This document shows positions 1 to 11,600 of a DNA stretch of 64,000 bases, piece after piece. The position numbers were made by a program, and so were the translations under genes. Below the pieces are notes generated by a model. The model saw only the letters and a list, made by a program, of their open reading frames with translations, was not told the origin of the DNA and ran no database searches. How positions within the stretch are numbered: position 1 is the stretch's first letter; every line of letters starts with the position of its first letter. The stretch lies in assembly GCF_006345805.1 (NCBI RefSeq), contig NC_042999.1, forward strand, positions 110,174,001 to 110,238,000. The letters are read 5' to 3'. This DNA comes from Octopus sinensis (lineage: Eukaryota).

Positions 1-107
1 ATATATATATATAGTATAATATATGTATATATGTAATATAATATATATATATAATATATATATATATATATGTATATATATTATATAATGTATATATATA
101 TTATATG

Positions 108-138
<31 letters not shown>

Positions 139-368
139 GTATATATGTATATATATATTATATATATGTATATATATATATATATGATATATATAATATA
201 TGTGTATATATATTGTATATATATGTATATATGTATATATATATATGTATATATATATGTATATATATGTATATATATATATATGTATATAATATGTATG
301 TATATATATATGTATATATATATGTATATGTATATATATATATATGTATATATATATATGTATATTAT

Positions 369-401
<33 letters not shown>

Positions 402-440
402 GTATATATATATATGTATATATATATGTATGTATATATA
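1..440. repeat. Degenerate (AT)n/(ATGT)n microsatellite
   Basis: Almost pure alternating A/T with scattered G; source of the YI-rich pseudo-ORFs. Confidence 0.97.
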
Positions 441-1105
441 CCACATGGCATCATTCCATAGCATTCCTTATTTCCATAAGTATATGTGGCTCCAGCTGGT
501 GGAGGGCATTTTATTTTTTATTTACATATTTATTTTTTTGCATAATAAATCTGACTGTTACAAGAAGTCCGTGACCCAAGAAATCCATCAATGTCGCATT
601 ACTTTGTCTAGGAGATATTCACTGAAATGGGATCCAAGAAGCTACATTGACATAGTTTCTTCTTTAATAAGTTAAAAGATATTTCTGAGAATGGTTTGGC
701 TTTTAGAGAATCCAAGATATTGCTTATTTTTAAAGAGAAAAGATCGGCTCAGCTTCTCCAAACTTAACTTTTGATTGCGGATGAGGTATAGTTCAGTTTA
801 AGTTCTGAATAAAGCAGAATTGTATAACAGTAAAATATATAAACACATACCATATTATCAAATCTTCACAAAAGAAAATAAATAAATAAATATTTTAAAT
901 AAATAAATAAATAAATAAAGCAACATTATTTCTCCGGAGCAAATTTGATGTCAAGATCGTAAACCACTAATTAACATGTCAATTTACAGCGAAGCCTCAA
1001 GGCAGTAGAACGACAGAATTGTTTTAGCAGTTTAGCGACAGGCAAAATGCTTTATAATACTTAGTTACATCCATTTATTTGTCTGAGTTTAAATCTGCCA
1101 AGGTC

Positions 1106-1672
1106 AATCTGACCTTTGAATTTTTCCATGGTTGGTAAAACAAAGACCAGTTAATCTCTGGAGTCAATTAAATTGAACATTCCCTCTTTCTGATATAAGC
1201 TTGGTGCCTATATAAGACCTCAGCTTACAATTCTACTTCAATCTGACATCAATCTGACCTTTGAATTTTTCCATGGTTGATAAAACAAAGATCAACTGGT
1301 CTGGAGTCAAAGTGGAGTTAAATTGAATACTCTGGAGTCCTCCTGATATAAGCTTGGTGCTTATATAAGACCTTGATTTACAATCCTACATCAATCCAAC
1401 CTTTGAATTTTTCCATGATTGATAAAACAAAAACCAACTGGTCTAGAGTCAAAGTAGAGTCAAATTGAATACTCTGGAGTCCTCCTTCTGATATAAGTTT
1501 GGTGCCTCTATAAGACTTTGATTTACAATCCTACATCAATCTGACCTTTGAATTTTTCCATGATTGATAAAACAAAAACCACTTAATCTCTAGAGTCAAT
1601 TAAATCAAACATTTAGCCCTTCTGATATCATCTCAGTGACTATATAAGACCTTAGTTTACAATTCTACATTA
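1106..1672 (+). repeat. Tandem repeat, 4 x ~142-145 bp, apparently derived from the 3' half of a degenerate SINE (family B)
   Basis: Unit AATCTGACCTTTGAATTTTTCCATG..GATAAAACAAA..TATAAGAC..TTACAAT.CTACATC starts at 1106, 1251, 1393 and 1538; it directly follows a degenerate family-B SINE head at ~998-1105. Confidence 0.9.
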
Positions 1673-1702
1673 CTGTCTCATTTCTTACCTTCTTTACTGT
1701 AG

Positions 1703-1790
1703 GGTAAGCAAAGGAGCAGGTGTTTATTGTTCAAGACAAAATTCAATACCAACAACCGACTATGGACTAATGATACAAACTTTAAGGTGA
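1703..1790 (+). CDS. Candidate host exon (unidentified): xVSKGAGVYCSRQNSIPTTDYGLMIQTLR*
   Basis: Pyrimidine tract plus AG (tttcttaccttctttactgtag) at 1681-1702; non-repetitive; two frames open; possible donor AG|gtgaaa at 1786 (84-nt exon) or stop TGA at 1788-1790. No homology recognised. Confidence 0.25.
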
Positions 1791-2110
1791 AAAGCAAAGA
1801 GGAAAGAGTAATCCATTCAGGTTCCTCAATTAAGTATCAAAGACAAAAGAAAAAATATACTAAAGGACTTTTAACAAGAAATATCATTATCAACTAAAAT
1901 TTAACAATAATCTGTTTCTCTTCTTTGTATAAGATAGTTATTGCGTTTAGAAGACATGATTTAACTGCACTTAGAAGAAGTGTGCATTTTTTTCTTACAT
2001 AACTACGAAATGAAAATGTATAAACATAAATAAATAAGAAAAAACACTTGCATTATTATTTTCAATGAAGCAAATATGTAAAGATGGGTTTCTTTCAATG
2101 GCGTTAAGGT

Positions 2111-2236
2111 TGTGTGTGTGTGTGTGAATGTATGCATGTATGAATATATTTATGTATTCAAGTATGCATGTATATTTGTATGTACTTATGTAAATAGCTA
2201 ACTATGCTTGAGTGCATGTATCTCCCTTTCTCTCTC

Positions 2237-2322
<86 letters not shown>

Positions 2323-2520
2323 TTTGTATGTAATGAATGTATATATATATATGTATATATAGTTATATATGTATTTACACATGCATGTATATACACATAT
2401 ATATATGTGTTTATGTGTATGAATATATTTTTGTTTATATATGTATATGAATATATTTGTGTATATATGTATATATGCATGTATGTATATGTATATGTAT
2501 GTATATATGTATGTAGTTTT
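2111..2520. repeat. Compound (TG)n/(TC)n/(TA)n microsatellite
   Basis: Direct reading. Confidence 0.95.
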
Positions 2521-2930
2521 ATGTTTTATCATACAAGAACATAAAAGAGTTTAATAAACCCTTATACCTTACATTAGAAGTGTACAGAGTCTAACATATG
2601 TCTTTGAATTACAAATCTGTGTCTAAAGATTTTGTGTGACCAACCATGTTTCGCCAACTTTGCACATCAGTGGATTGAATGGAATAATGAATAATGAGGA
2701 AAGTTTTAAATGTTTGTTGTTTTGTTTTTTTCCCTCCCACTTCTTTTGAATCTACTTATAAATTTAAACCCAAGGTTGTTAGCCAATCACATGGACCATG
2801 ATAAATCAAGTGCACTCCATCATATTGAATGCATCAGATTTCCTTAAAATTTCATGGGAAGGAATTTGTGCACGTGGCAGCAAGTTTAAATTGATTCAAT
2901 TTTTCGTTTTTGAAAGCAGATCTTGATGTA

Positions 2931-3082
2931 CATCATCATCTTCATCTTCATCATTTAACATCCGCTTTCCATACTGGTATGGATAGGATGGCTTGACAGG
3001 GAACTGGCAAGCTGCAGAGCTGCATCGAGTTCCAATGTCATCTTTGGAATGGTTTCTACTGCTGGAATGCCCTTCCTAATGC
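2931..3082 (-). mobile_element. RTE-LINE 3' end fragment (family C) with (GAT)n tail
   Basis: catcatcatc..tttaacatccgctttccatactggtatggatagg matches other copies, one of which (6088-6568) runs into an RTE C-terminal ORF. Confidence 0.7.
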
Positions 3083-3087
3083 TATTA

Positions 3088-3326
3088 ATAATAACAAGTA
3101 AATAACGGGTTGAAAGACACTTTTAGATAGAAAATGTCCAAGGTGTAGGAGTGGCTTTGTGGTAAGTAGCCTGCTTACCAACCACATGGTTCTGGATTCA
3201 GTCCTACTGCATGGCACCTTGGGCAAGTGTCTTCTACTAAAGCCTTGGGCCGACCAGAGCCTTGTGAGTGGATTTGGTAGACGGAAACTGAAAGAAGCCT
3301 GTCGTATATATGTGTGTATATATATT

Positions 3327-3397
<71 letters not shown>

Positions 3398-3888
3398 ATA
3401 TATTTCTGTGTCTGTGTTTGTCCCCCCAGCATCGCTTGACAACTGATGCTAGTGTGTTTACATCCCCGTAACTTAGTGGTTTGGCAAAAGAGACCGATAG
3501 AATAAGTACTAGGCTTACAAAGAATTAGTCCTGGGGTCGATTTGCTCGACTAGAGGCGGTGCTCCAGCATGGCCACAGTCAAATGACTAAACAAGTAAAA
3601 GAGTAAGGCCACCCATGGGACTTGAACCCATATCCCCTGTATACATGACAGGCATTCTGCCATCATACCAAATAATCCTTCAACATCTATCCATTGTAGT
3701 AACTTTATTCTTACCAGTTAGAATTGTATATTGACATTTATGAGAAATTATAAACATTTGAGAGAATGTGCAAGAATTCTTTTGGATACAGGAGATGTGG
3801 GTTCGAGTCACACATGTGGCCATTGACTTTTTCTACTTTTTCCATCTAAAAGGGTTTCCCAACTCAATACTTACATGATATTATTTAT
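3088..3888. mobile_element. Foldback/MITE-like element with ~100-bp tRNA-like inverted arms; left arm interrupted by a SINE
   Basis: 3088-3141 plus 3606-3642 is the reverse complement of ~3785-3888; the arms contain a B-box-like GGTTCGAGTC/GGTTCAAGTCCC. Confidence 0.6.
3142..3605 (+). mobile_element. tRNA-derived SINE family A, full length, with central (TA)n(TG)n tract
   Basis: A-box-like GTGGCT.TGTGGTAAG and B-box-like GG.TTCAGTCCC; 3' end GTCAAATGACT..AACAAGTAAAAGAG; at least six near-full copies in the window. Confidence 0.92.
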
Positions 3889-4260
3889 AGTTTATATGTA
3901 TATCACAATCCATTTCCAAGAAAGAGTTCTTCCATTTTCTGTCAAATGTTTATAAATTCTTATATGATTCTTCTTATAATACAATTTTGTTTTTTATGGA
4001 TTAGTATTAATGTGAGATGGTGAATAATGTAGAAGTTTCTGCAGGAGAGAATGCAAAGTAGCTTAAGCTGCTTTTCAACATTGATGTTCTGTCCAGAATT
4101 GGTCATGCAATCTGTGTTTTTTACCTTTATTTTTTCCAATCTCTTTATGAATTTTGAGAATACTATTTGTTATCATAGTTCGTTTTTTATTTATTTACAT
4201 TGGGCAACAAAACTTAAGAACATTTCCAATCTGGTCTGCCTTCAATAAAATTTATCAATT

Positions 4261-4662
4261 CTTTACTCTTTTACTTGTTTCAGTCATTTGACTGTGGCCA
4301 TGCTGGAGCACTGCCTTTAGTCAAGCAAATTGACCCCAGGATTTATTCTTTGTAAGCCTAGTACTTATTCTATCAGTTTCTTTTGCCGAACCGCTATGTT
4401 ACGGGGATGTAAACACACCAGCATCGGTTGTCAAGCGATTTTGGGGGGGACGAACACAAACACACAAACATATACACACACACATACATACATATATACG
4501 ACAGGCTTCTTTCATTTTCCGTCTACCAAATCCACTCACAAGGCTTTGGTCGGCCTGAGGCTACAGTAGAAGACACTTTGCCCAAGGTGCCATGCAGTGG
4601 GACTGAATCCAGAACCATGTGGTTGGTAAGCAAGCTACTTACCACACAGCCACTTCTACACC
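4261..4662 (-). mobile_element. SINE family A, full length
   Basis: Reverse complement of the 3142-3605 copy. Confidence 0.92.
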
Positions 4663-4904
4663 TACATGATCACTTGATTTTGTTAGAAATTGCTGTCAAA
4701 GCCTATTAAAAATCATACCATGCCATCCTAAAAGTTGAATGATGTTATGCATCCAAGGTGATGCAGTTCTGGATACAAAGATGCCAAGATGGGAACTTAA
4801 ACAACTTTTGTTATAGTTGTTTTCAATCAGAGCTGACTTGTAGCTAAAAAATACAGCAAGATTTTCCGTTAATTTGATTATGATAAATTATTAGGTAAGA
4901 ACCT

Positions 4905-5220
4905 ATTGAACTCAACTTGTATCTTAGTTCAATTCTCAGACCAGGCTATGTGTAGTGTTCTTGAGCAAGACACTTTATTTCATGTTCCTCCTGTTCACTC
5001 AGCTGTAAAAATGAGTTGTGACATCACTGGTGGCAAGGTGTATCGGCCTTTGCCTTTTCCCATGGTGGCATTTGCCTTTCCCATCAGTGGCATGGAGAAG
5101 GGAGGCTGGTATGCATGGGCGACTGCCAGTCTTCCATAAACAACCTTGCCTGGACTTGTACCTCGGAGAGGAACTTTCTAGGTGCAATCCCATGGTCATT
5201 CACCACCAAAGGGGGTATTT
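4905..5220 (+). mobile_element. tRNA-derived SINE family E (degenerate)
   Basis: GTTCAATTCTC..GTGTTCTTGAGCAAGACACTTT head shared with family G; its 3' body recurs inverted at 10777-10907. Confidence 0.7.
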
Positions 5221-5305
5221 CCTTTTTTTTTACTTTTATATGTGTGTTTGCTCTAGCCCAGGCAATGAAATATTCTCATTTGTTTTTGGTCTCTTTTTAA
5301 CTAGT

Positions 5306-5475
5306 GTGCAGGCATGGCTGTGTGGTTTGGTGGTTAAGAAGTTCACTTTGCCCCTATGCGGTTTCAGGTCCAGTTCCACTGTGCAGCACCTTATAGAAAT
5401 GTCTGACTGACTGAGTGACCAAAGGTTAGTGAGTGAATTTTGATTGACCAGAAGTTGAAAAAGATGCTTATCATA

Positions 5476-5508
<33 letters not shown>

Positions 5509-5530
5509 GTCTCCTTGTCGTGGCATCATA
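5306..5530 (+). mobile_element. Old, diverged SINE family A-like copy
   Basis: GGCATGGCTGTG..GGTTAAGAAGTTCACTT..GGTCCAGTTCCACTGTGCAGCACCTT followed by a (TG)n tract. Confidence 0.6.
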
Positions 5531-5716
5531 CCCTAATTATAAACAAACATTATCATAAAATATATGGTGTTATATATTTGCCTTCTATGATAACATGTCC
5601 AGACAAGGGGAAAATATTACCTTGATTGGAAACAAGTGAAGGTTGGCTACAGAAAGAGCATCTGGCTTTGAAAATTCTAGTTCTGTCTTACCCAAGCACT
5701 TATGGAAGAGTAGATG

Positions 5717-5945
5717 TTAACTCTGTTGATACCAACCTACCTGAAATTGCTTCTGGCTCTATGATACAAATTTCCTTATTTTATAGAGATTTAAATTAAA
5801 ACCTTTCATCAAAATTTCACGTTAATTTACAGTTCCAGACATCAGTTGATTAATGACAATACTGTTTTACTAAATTGCTCATTATCTTCAAAATTGTTAT
5901 AAAAGCAATGTGTTTCAACAGAAATGTAGTTACAAAAAGGTTTTA
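5717..5945 (+). mobile_element. piggyBac-type MITE (family D), degenerate
   Basis: TTAACTCTGTTGATACCAACC...ACAAAAAGGTTTTAA; homologous to 13172-13393 and 41197-41425. Confidence 0.7.
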
Positions 5946-6087
5946 AAAAATGCTGCTGATGATGGTGATGGTGATGGTGTTTGAATTTGTAGGATAATAT
6001 GTGTTGCACTTTTTTCTCCTGGAATATGTAAATGAAAATTGTCTATTTCACTTAATGTGAACATGCAAGCCCCTACCCTCTTCCACT

Positions 6088-6568
6088 CATCATCATCATC
6101 ATCTTGGCATGGGTTGCACAGTTTGACAGGAGCTGAAGGGCTGTTCAGGCTTCCTGTCTGTTTTGGCATGGTTTCTATAGCTGGATGCCATTCCTAACAC
6201 CAACCACTTCACAGAGTGTACTAAGTGCTTTTAGGCAGCACCAATATGGGTGCTTTTTACGTAACACCAGCACCTATGAGCTTGTGAGATCAGGGATGCT
6301 CAGCTGGAGAGGGTTGCAGGGGATGAACCTGTATGTAGGGCAACCATACTTTTACTTAGCTTGACATGTCTTTTCAAACACTGCAAACTGCCAGGTGTCT
6401 CAGTACCCCATCATCCCCCCACCCACAGTGACTCCCAACATCTGTATATCCTTTCTCACCACTTCATCCCACATCTTTCTTGTCTGCCCCTTCTACATGT
6501 TCCCTCTACAATTAGAGATCAGCACCTCTTGATGCAACTGTTTTCATTCATATGCATTACATGGCCAC
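6088..6568 (-). mobile_element. RTE-clade LINE 3' end (C-terminal ORF remnant, 3' UTR and (GAT)n tail)
   Basis: Minus strand translates GHVMHMNENSCIKRC*SLIVEGTCRRGR..WDEVVRKDIQMLG, matching the RTE C-terminal WxGHVxR..VEGxRxRGRP..W pattern. Confidence 0.85.
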
Positions 6569-7309
6569 TGCTTTTTGAATTAATTTATATGCATTTCCAT
6601 GGTTATCATTTGATTTCTTTTAACTTTTCTTATAAAAGATCTGCTCTTAGCTATTGAGGATGAAAAAATGAAAGCAGGTAATATTCCTTTTCTAAGACAG
6701 GCCAGCTGACTAACCATCTATGAAGTGTTGTCGTTGAATTTGTCATCAAGGAAATGTGTTCATATTTACTTCACTAAGTTTGGTTTATTTGTGGCACCAA
6801 GTTTTTGAAGGCATCTTGGATGTGTTTGTAATATCTGTTAGAACCACTTTAAATTGAAGACGTGTCAGGAGATCAATAAATGACGCGTAATGCAGGGTTG
6901 TATTATGACTCATGATTAATAGACATTAACCCAGTCCATTCAAATACGAAAGATTAGCATGCTTGCAGTCCAACTCATGCCAGCATGAAAAACAGATGTT
7001 AAAGAATGAGGAATGATGATGATGTTGGATCCTCATGCAAATATAATATTATTTTGAGACATACACACACATATCAGATACATGCTATTTGATGATATAC
7101 AGGGCTGAAGAAGGCCCACACAGCCAAGTAAGCAAGGTTTCAGAAGTGTAATGTTTATGCACACAGCAGGGTCCCTCTCAAGTTTACTTTTGTTCTGTTA
7201 CCTCCTGGTCTTCTTATCGTCCATACCCCCATCACTCTTCTATCTACTGGATTATTCTGCTATTGTAATTACTGAAAGCTGAACCTGTTACTATATTTAT
7301 TGGTTCTTA

Positions 7310-8040
7310 ATCTTGGCACATGATCAGCAATTTTTGTTTTGGTCAGGAAGTGGAGTTATCTACAAAATAAGTACCAGTACTTGACTGGTCCTTATTTTAT
7401 TGACCCTAAAAGGATGAAAAGTAAAGTTGACCTCGGCAGCATTTCAACTGAGAATGTAACACAGGGGTGGGGAAACTTTTTTGTGCAGTGGGCAATAATT
7501 ACCAAAGAATTGGATCACAAGTTCTAACTCATATATCTGTGTAAATCTTATATATATCTATGTATAATTTGATATATATTAATAAACATAAGTTTAAACA
7601 CATTAAATTAACACCTAACATCTTCATCAACACCACTACTGAATTTAGGATGTTTATATTACTTATGAGATATTTTATGTTTCTCAGATAGAGTGTAGTT
7701 GGATCTCAAGGGGGTTGTATAAACCTACCAATATGTATTTTATAGTCAAAGCAAAATTTCTATTCGAATGGCAATTTCTGTTCGAGTCTAGCTGTTTCAG
7801 CCATAGTGGAAACACGACCAATGTTGCAAATAGGCATATGAATATTGTATAAATTTTATAATGGAAAAATTTATTATCTTTTGTACATACATGTATATCA
7901 GCCTGTGGGCGCAATAAAATGTGATTGTGAGTGGAATTGCGCCCATGGGCAGGGGTTTCTCCACCCCTAATGTAACAAGTTGGAAGATATGTCACTAAGC
8001 ATTTTGTCTGACAAGGTAACAATTTCAGCAGCTCTTTCCC
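7310..8040 (-). mobile_element. SINE family B, split by a hAT MITE
   Basis: ACTGGT.CTTATTTTATTGACCC..AAGGATGAAAAGTAAAGTTGACCTCGGCAG before the insert, CTAAGCATTTTGTCTG after it. Confidence 0.75.
7462..7969. mobile_element. hAT-type MITE with perfect 8-bp TSD ATGTAACA
   Basis: TIR CAGGGGTGGGGAAAC / GTTTCTCCACCCCTA; ATGTAACA at 7454-7461 and 7970-7977. Confidence 0.9.
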
Positions 8041-8059
8041 TTATTTTGCTATATATATT

Positions 8060-8250
8060 GGTCTCAAAGTCTGGTACAGGGGAGTGGGTAAGTCAGTCAC
8101 ATCAACCCAGTGCTCAACTGGTACTTATTTTATCAACCTTGAAAGAATGAAAGGCAAAGCTCATCCCAGAGGAATTTGAACTCAGAATGTAAAGACAAAT
8201 GAATGTCTCTAAGCATTTTGTTTGGTATGCTAATGATTCTGCCAGCTCAA
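8060..8250 (-). mobile_element. SINE family B
   Basis: CAACTGGTACTTATTTTATCAACC..GAATTTGAACTCAGAATG..TTCTGCCAGCTC. Confidence 0.85.
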
Positions 8251-8589
8251 TTCCTTCTGTTACTACATATAGTATTACTCTTTTTGTACTATCACTCATT
8301 ACCTTTTCTCCTCTGATCCACTTCCTATTTACATTCTCCTTCATTCTTACCATTGTCTCCCCACTACTCGCATTTTTCATCAATCACTGCCACTCTTGGT
8401 CATCATTCCCTGCATTCAACTGTATATACCTCTGACTACCCCTACCTCTATTTCTATCTTCCTCTCACATTCCTCTCCCATACTTCTGCAGCATTTACCC
8501 ACCTCTTCTTTGTTCATTTTCATGGACATGTTCCCTTTAGGCACTTCATAACCTCTAACGTTATCTCTTCAAATTCCCTTTGCTACTGT

Positions 8590-9390
8590 AAATAGAATTA
8601 TAGTGCAATTCAAAAGCCAAGGAAAGAATCAACGGATTCTCATCCCAGCTAACCTGGGCCCTTGGAAAGGAAGCTTTGCTGTTTGAAGAGAATTGTGGAA
8701 AACGAACTCCGTTCAAAGGCTTCTGATATTGCAAAACAGCTCCAAGAATGTGTGTTACGTATCTGCATAAGCTTGGATATTATGGATGACCCACTAGAAA
8801 AAAACTTCTCCTTCAACCAATTAATATCATGAAAAGAAAGAAATGAGGTGATACCAGAAAAATCCAGTTCATTTTGGGATAGAGTGATTTTCTCAGATGA
8901 ACCCAGTGGACGTGTTTGGGCTTGGAGGCTTCCCAATCAAGAATTTGATTTGAAACGACTCCAACCAATTGTGAAACTCTGTAATGGTATGTGAAACTGT
9001 CACCAGCAATGGTTGTTCTAAGCTGATTGAATGTGTTGGAACCATAAACTCTGAAAAATACATTGAAATACTTAAGCAAGGACTACTTCTGATGTATTCA
9101 TATAATAACATAACGAAAAATGTGTTTTTGCTCATGGAAGATGGGGCTCCATGCCACTCAGCGAAAAGGAATCAACAATAGCTGACTGAAAATGGGAGGA
9201 AAAAGCTTCCTTGACCCAGCTAATCTCTTGACATGAACCCAATTGAAAATCTTTGGAGTATACAAGATAGAGCTATATGAAAAACTCCACAGAAACCTAA
9301 AACAAAAGGTGAATTCTTTTGATTGTTGTATAAAAAGTGGGCAGAAATTCCACAAAGCTCCTCAGTTCAATGCCAAAAAGACACAATATG
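8590..9390 (+). pseudogene. Tc1-family (DD34E-type) transposase relic
   Basis: Motifs WDRVIFSDE (8875), GTINSEKYIEILKQGLL, EDGAPCHSAK, MNPIENLW and SSMPKR, with stops and frameshifts. Confidence 0.9.
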
Positions 9391-9409
9391 TCGGGGGGAT
9401 TTGTTAGGG

Positions 9410-10284
9410 AAGGGCCAGAGGGGCAGACTGAACTCATAACATTACATGACATTTAAGAGATTTGCCAGAGAGGCAGACCCAATCCATAACATTACATGAC
9501 ATGTCAGATTCGCCAGAGGGGCAGACTCAATCCATAACATTACATGACATGTAAGAGATTCGCCAGAGGGGCAGGGCCAATCCATAACATCACATGACAT
9601 GTCAAGGATTTGCCAGAGAGGCAGACCCAATCCATAACATTACATGACATGTCAGATTCGCCAGAGGGGCAGACTCAATCCATAACATTACATGACTTGT
9701 CAGAGATTCGCTAGAGGGGCAGGGCCAATCCATAACATCACATGACATGTCAAGGATTCGCCAGAGGGGCAAGGCCAACCCGTAACGTTACATGGCATGT
9801 CAGATTCACCAGAGGGGCAGACCCAATCCATAACATTACATGACATGTCAGAGATTCGCCAGAGGGGCAGGGCCAACCCATAGAACTACATGATATGTCG
9901 GAGATTCGCCAGAGGGGCAGACCCAATCCATAACATTACATGACATGTCAGATTCACCAGAGGGGCAGACCCAATCCATAACATTACATAACATGTCGAA
10001 GATTCGCCAGAGGGGCAGACTTAATCCATAACATTACATGATATGTCAGGCATTTGCTAGAGGGGCAGACCTAATCCATAACATTACATGACATGTCAGG
10101 AATTCGCCAGAGGGGCAGACTTAATCCATAACGTTACATGACATGTCAGAAATTTGCCAGAGGGACAGACCGAATCCATAACATTACATGACATGTCGTA
10201 GATTCTCCAGGGGGGCAGGGCCAATCCATAACATTACATGACATGTCGGGGATTCGACAGAGGGGCAGACCCAATCCACAACAT
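9410..10284. repeat. Minisatellite, ~18 units of 48/50 bp with a 148-bp higher-order period
   Basis: Unit GATTCGCCAGAGGGGCAGACCCAATCCATAACATTACATGACATGTCA(NN); lengths run 48,50,50 four times, then ~50s. Confidence 0.95.
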
Positions 10285-10479
10285 ATATATTAATGACTTG
10301 TAGGCATATGGTATTTTGTTATGCAACCATAACATACTACAAAATATATTAAACATGTCCTACTGTGTTAGCAGTGCATTTAAATCGTGTTAAGGTCATC
10401 TCTACAGATTTTCCATAGAAGAAATTCTGAAATAATTCTTCAAGATCTGTAATTATTATTTTTCAGTGACGTTGTACAG

Positions 10480-10765
10480 CAATGGACCCCAATATTTTTT
10501 GAGCTTCAGACCAGTTTCATGCAAGACAATTTTTATGAGAACTGGTGGATCATGCACGAAACAAAATACAATAAAGTACATAATATGATTTAATCGTTAC
10601 ATATATATATTAAAGAATAAAGACTCTCTTCATTCATGAATGACCATAGGAAGTTCCCCTCTGAGGCATAAGTTCCCCTAGAAAAAATTAATTTGCTGTT
10701 TGGCCTGGTATCAAGTTGCTACATGGCCCAGTATTGGTTTACAGTCCGGTGGTCAGGAACCACTG
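10480..10765. mobile_element. hAT (Charlie/MER1-like) MITE with perfect 8-bp TSD TTGTACAG
   Basis: TTGTACAG at 10472-10479 and 10766-10773; termini CAATGGACCCC / GGAACCACTG; subterminal CCAGTTTCATGCAAGACAATTTTT resembles Charlie3/MER1 ends (from recall). Confidence 0.85.
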
Positions 10766-10776
10766 TTGTACAGTAA

Positions 10777-10907
10777 TTCTTTGGTCTTTGGTCCAGAAAG
10801 ATCCCCTCTGAGACACAAGTCTGGGCAAATTTGTTTTAAGGAAGACCAGCAGTCACCCATTCATACAAGCCTCCCCTCCCCACACCACTGATGTTATCCA
10901 AAGGAAA
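10777..10907 (-). mobile_element. SINE family E 3' fragment
   Basis: Reverse complement of ~5075-5200. Confidence 0.75.
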
Positions 10908-10928
10908 TATATATATATATATATATAT

Positions 10929-11086
10929 CACCGTGATCACCATGGCCGACCAGGCTATCAGATGCTGTTACACATCGCTGGTCACAATGTGCTTCTCATT
11001 GTTTTAGCCTTCAAATGACGCCACCCCGCTGGCTAAGCGAGCAGGCCAACAGAAGAAAGAATGAGAGAAAGTTGTGGTGAAAGAGT
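10929..11086 (-). mobile_element. SINE family F 3' half, flanked by (TA)n
   Basis: Reverse complement of ~49900-50055. Confidence 0.85.
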
Positions 11087-11107
11087 ATATATATATATAT
11101 ATATATA

Positions 11108-11600
11108 TATATGGATAAATGAAAGAATGGAGTCGAACGAAGATGTTAACAAAATTCCTTTACTCTCGACACATGTTTCGAAGACAGCATATTTTCATTC
11201 CAGTTCCCCATGTCAGCTAACTTTCACTCAAATTCAACTTTATTCCTTATACTCTCCATTGGCTGTTCCTGAAAAACAGGAGACAAAAAAAAAATAGTCA
11301 AATTGAGCTTGAACACTCTGTATATTGGATACTGAGTATTCGTCTTTTTCTATTTCTTACTTCTAACAAATTGTGTGTGTGTGTGTGTGTGAGTAAAGGA
11401 ATTTTGTTAACATCTTCGTTCGACTCCATTCTTTCATTTATCCATATACAACACACAAATTTCTACACATGAACCCGGAGTTTCTACCCTTAACAGGTCG
11501 CTTCAACCGTGTTTTCTGACGTGAATTTGCTACCCAGGTTTCGGTTAAACGAATTTTCCATGCTGACGATAAACATAAGATAATTCATTCACCTACTTAA
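11108..11600. mobile_element. Penelope-like/HHR-family fragment with perfect 58-bp inverted repeat (11108-11165 / 11391-11448)
   Basis: Arms are exact reverse complements; the minus strand at 11162-11186 has the HHR 3' half CTTC-GAAAC-ATGT-GTC-GAGAGT; the arm resembles the flanks of the HHRs at 34802 and 63159. Confidence 0.65.

Noticed and set aside
70-675. 201-aa and many other YI/CV/HT/SF-rich ORFs across the window
   Set aside because: They are translations of (TA)n, (TG)n, (CTTT)n, (ATAC)n and (CTAT)n microsatellites that lack stops by composition.
560-790. Coding exon or transposase fragment
   Set aside because: Short interrupted frames with no motif I could identify.
3607-3680. Functional tRNA genes here or at SINE heads (44123, 45098, 49762, 55340)
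   Set aside because: No complete cloverleaf; the tRNA-like part runs straight into repeat bodies.
9410-10284. CRISPR-like array
   Set aside because: Units are contiguous with no unique spacers, the context is eukaryotic and there are no cas genes.
9410-10284. CTCF (CCAGAGGGGCAG) or p53 (TGACATGTCA) site array
   Set aside because: The G-run is one base off the CTCF core, and the CATG cores are 5 bp apart rather than the 10-bp p53 spacing.
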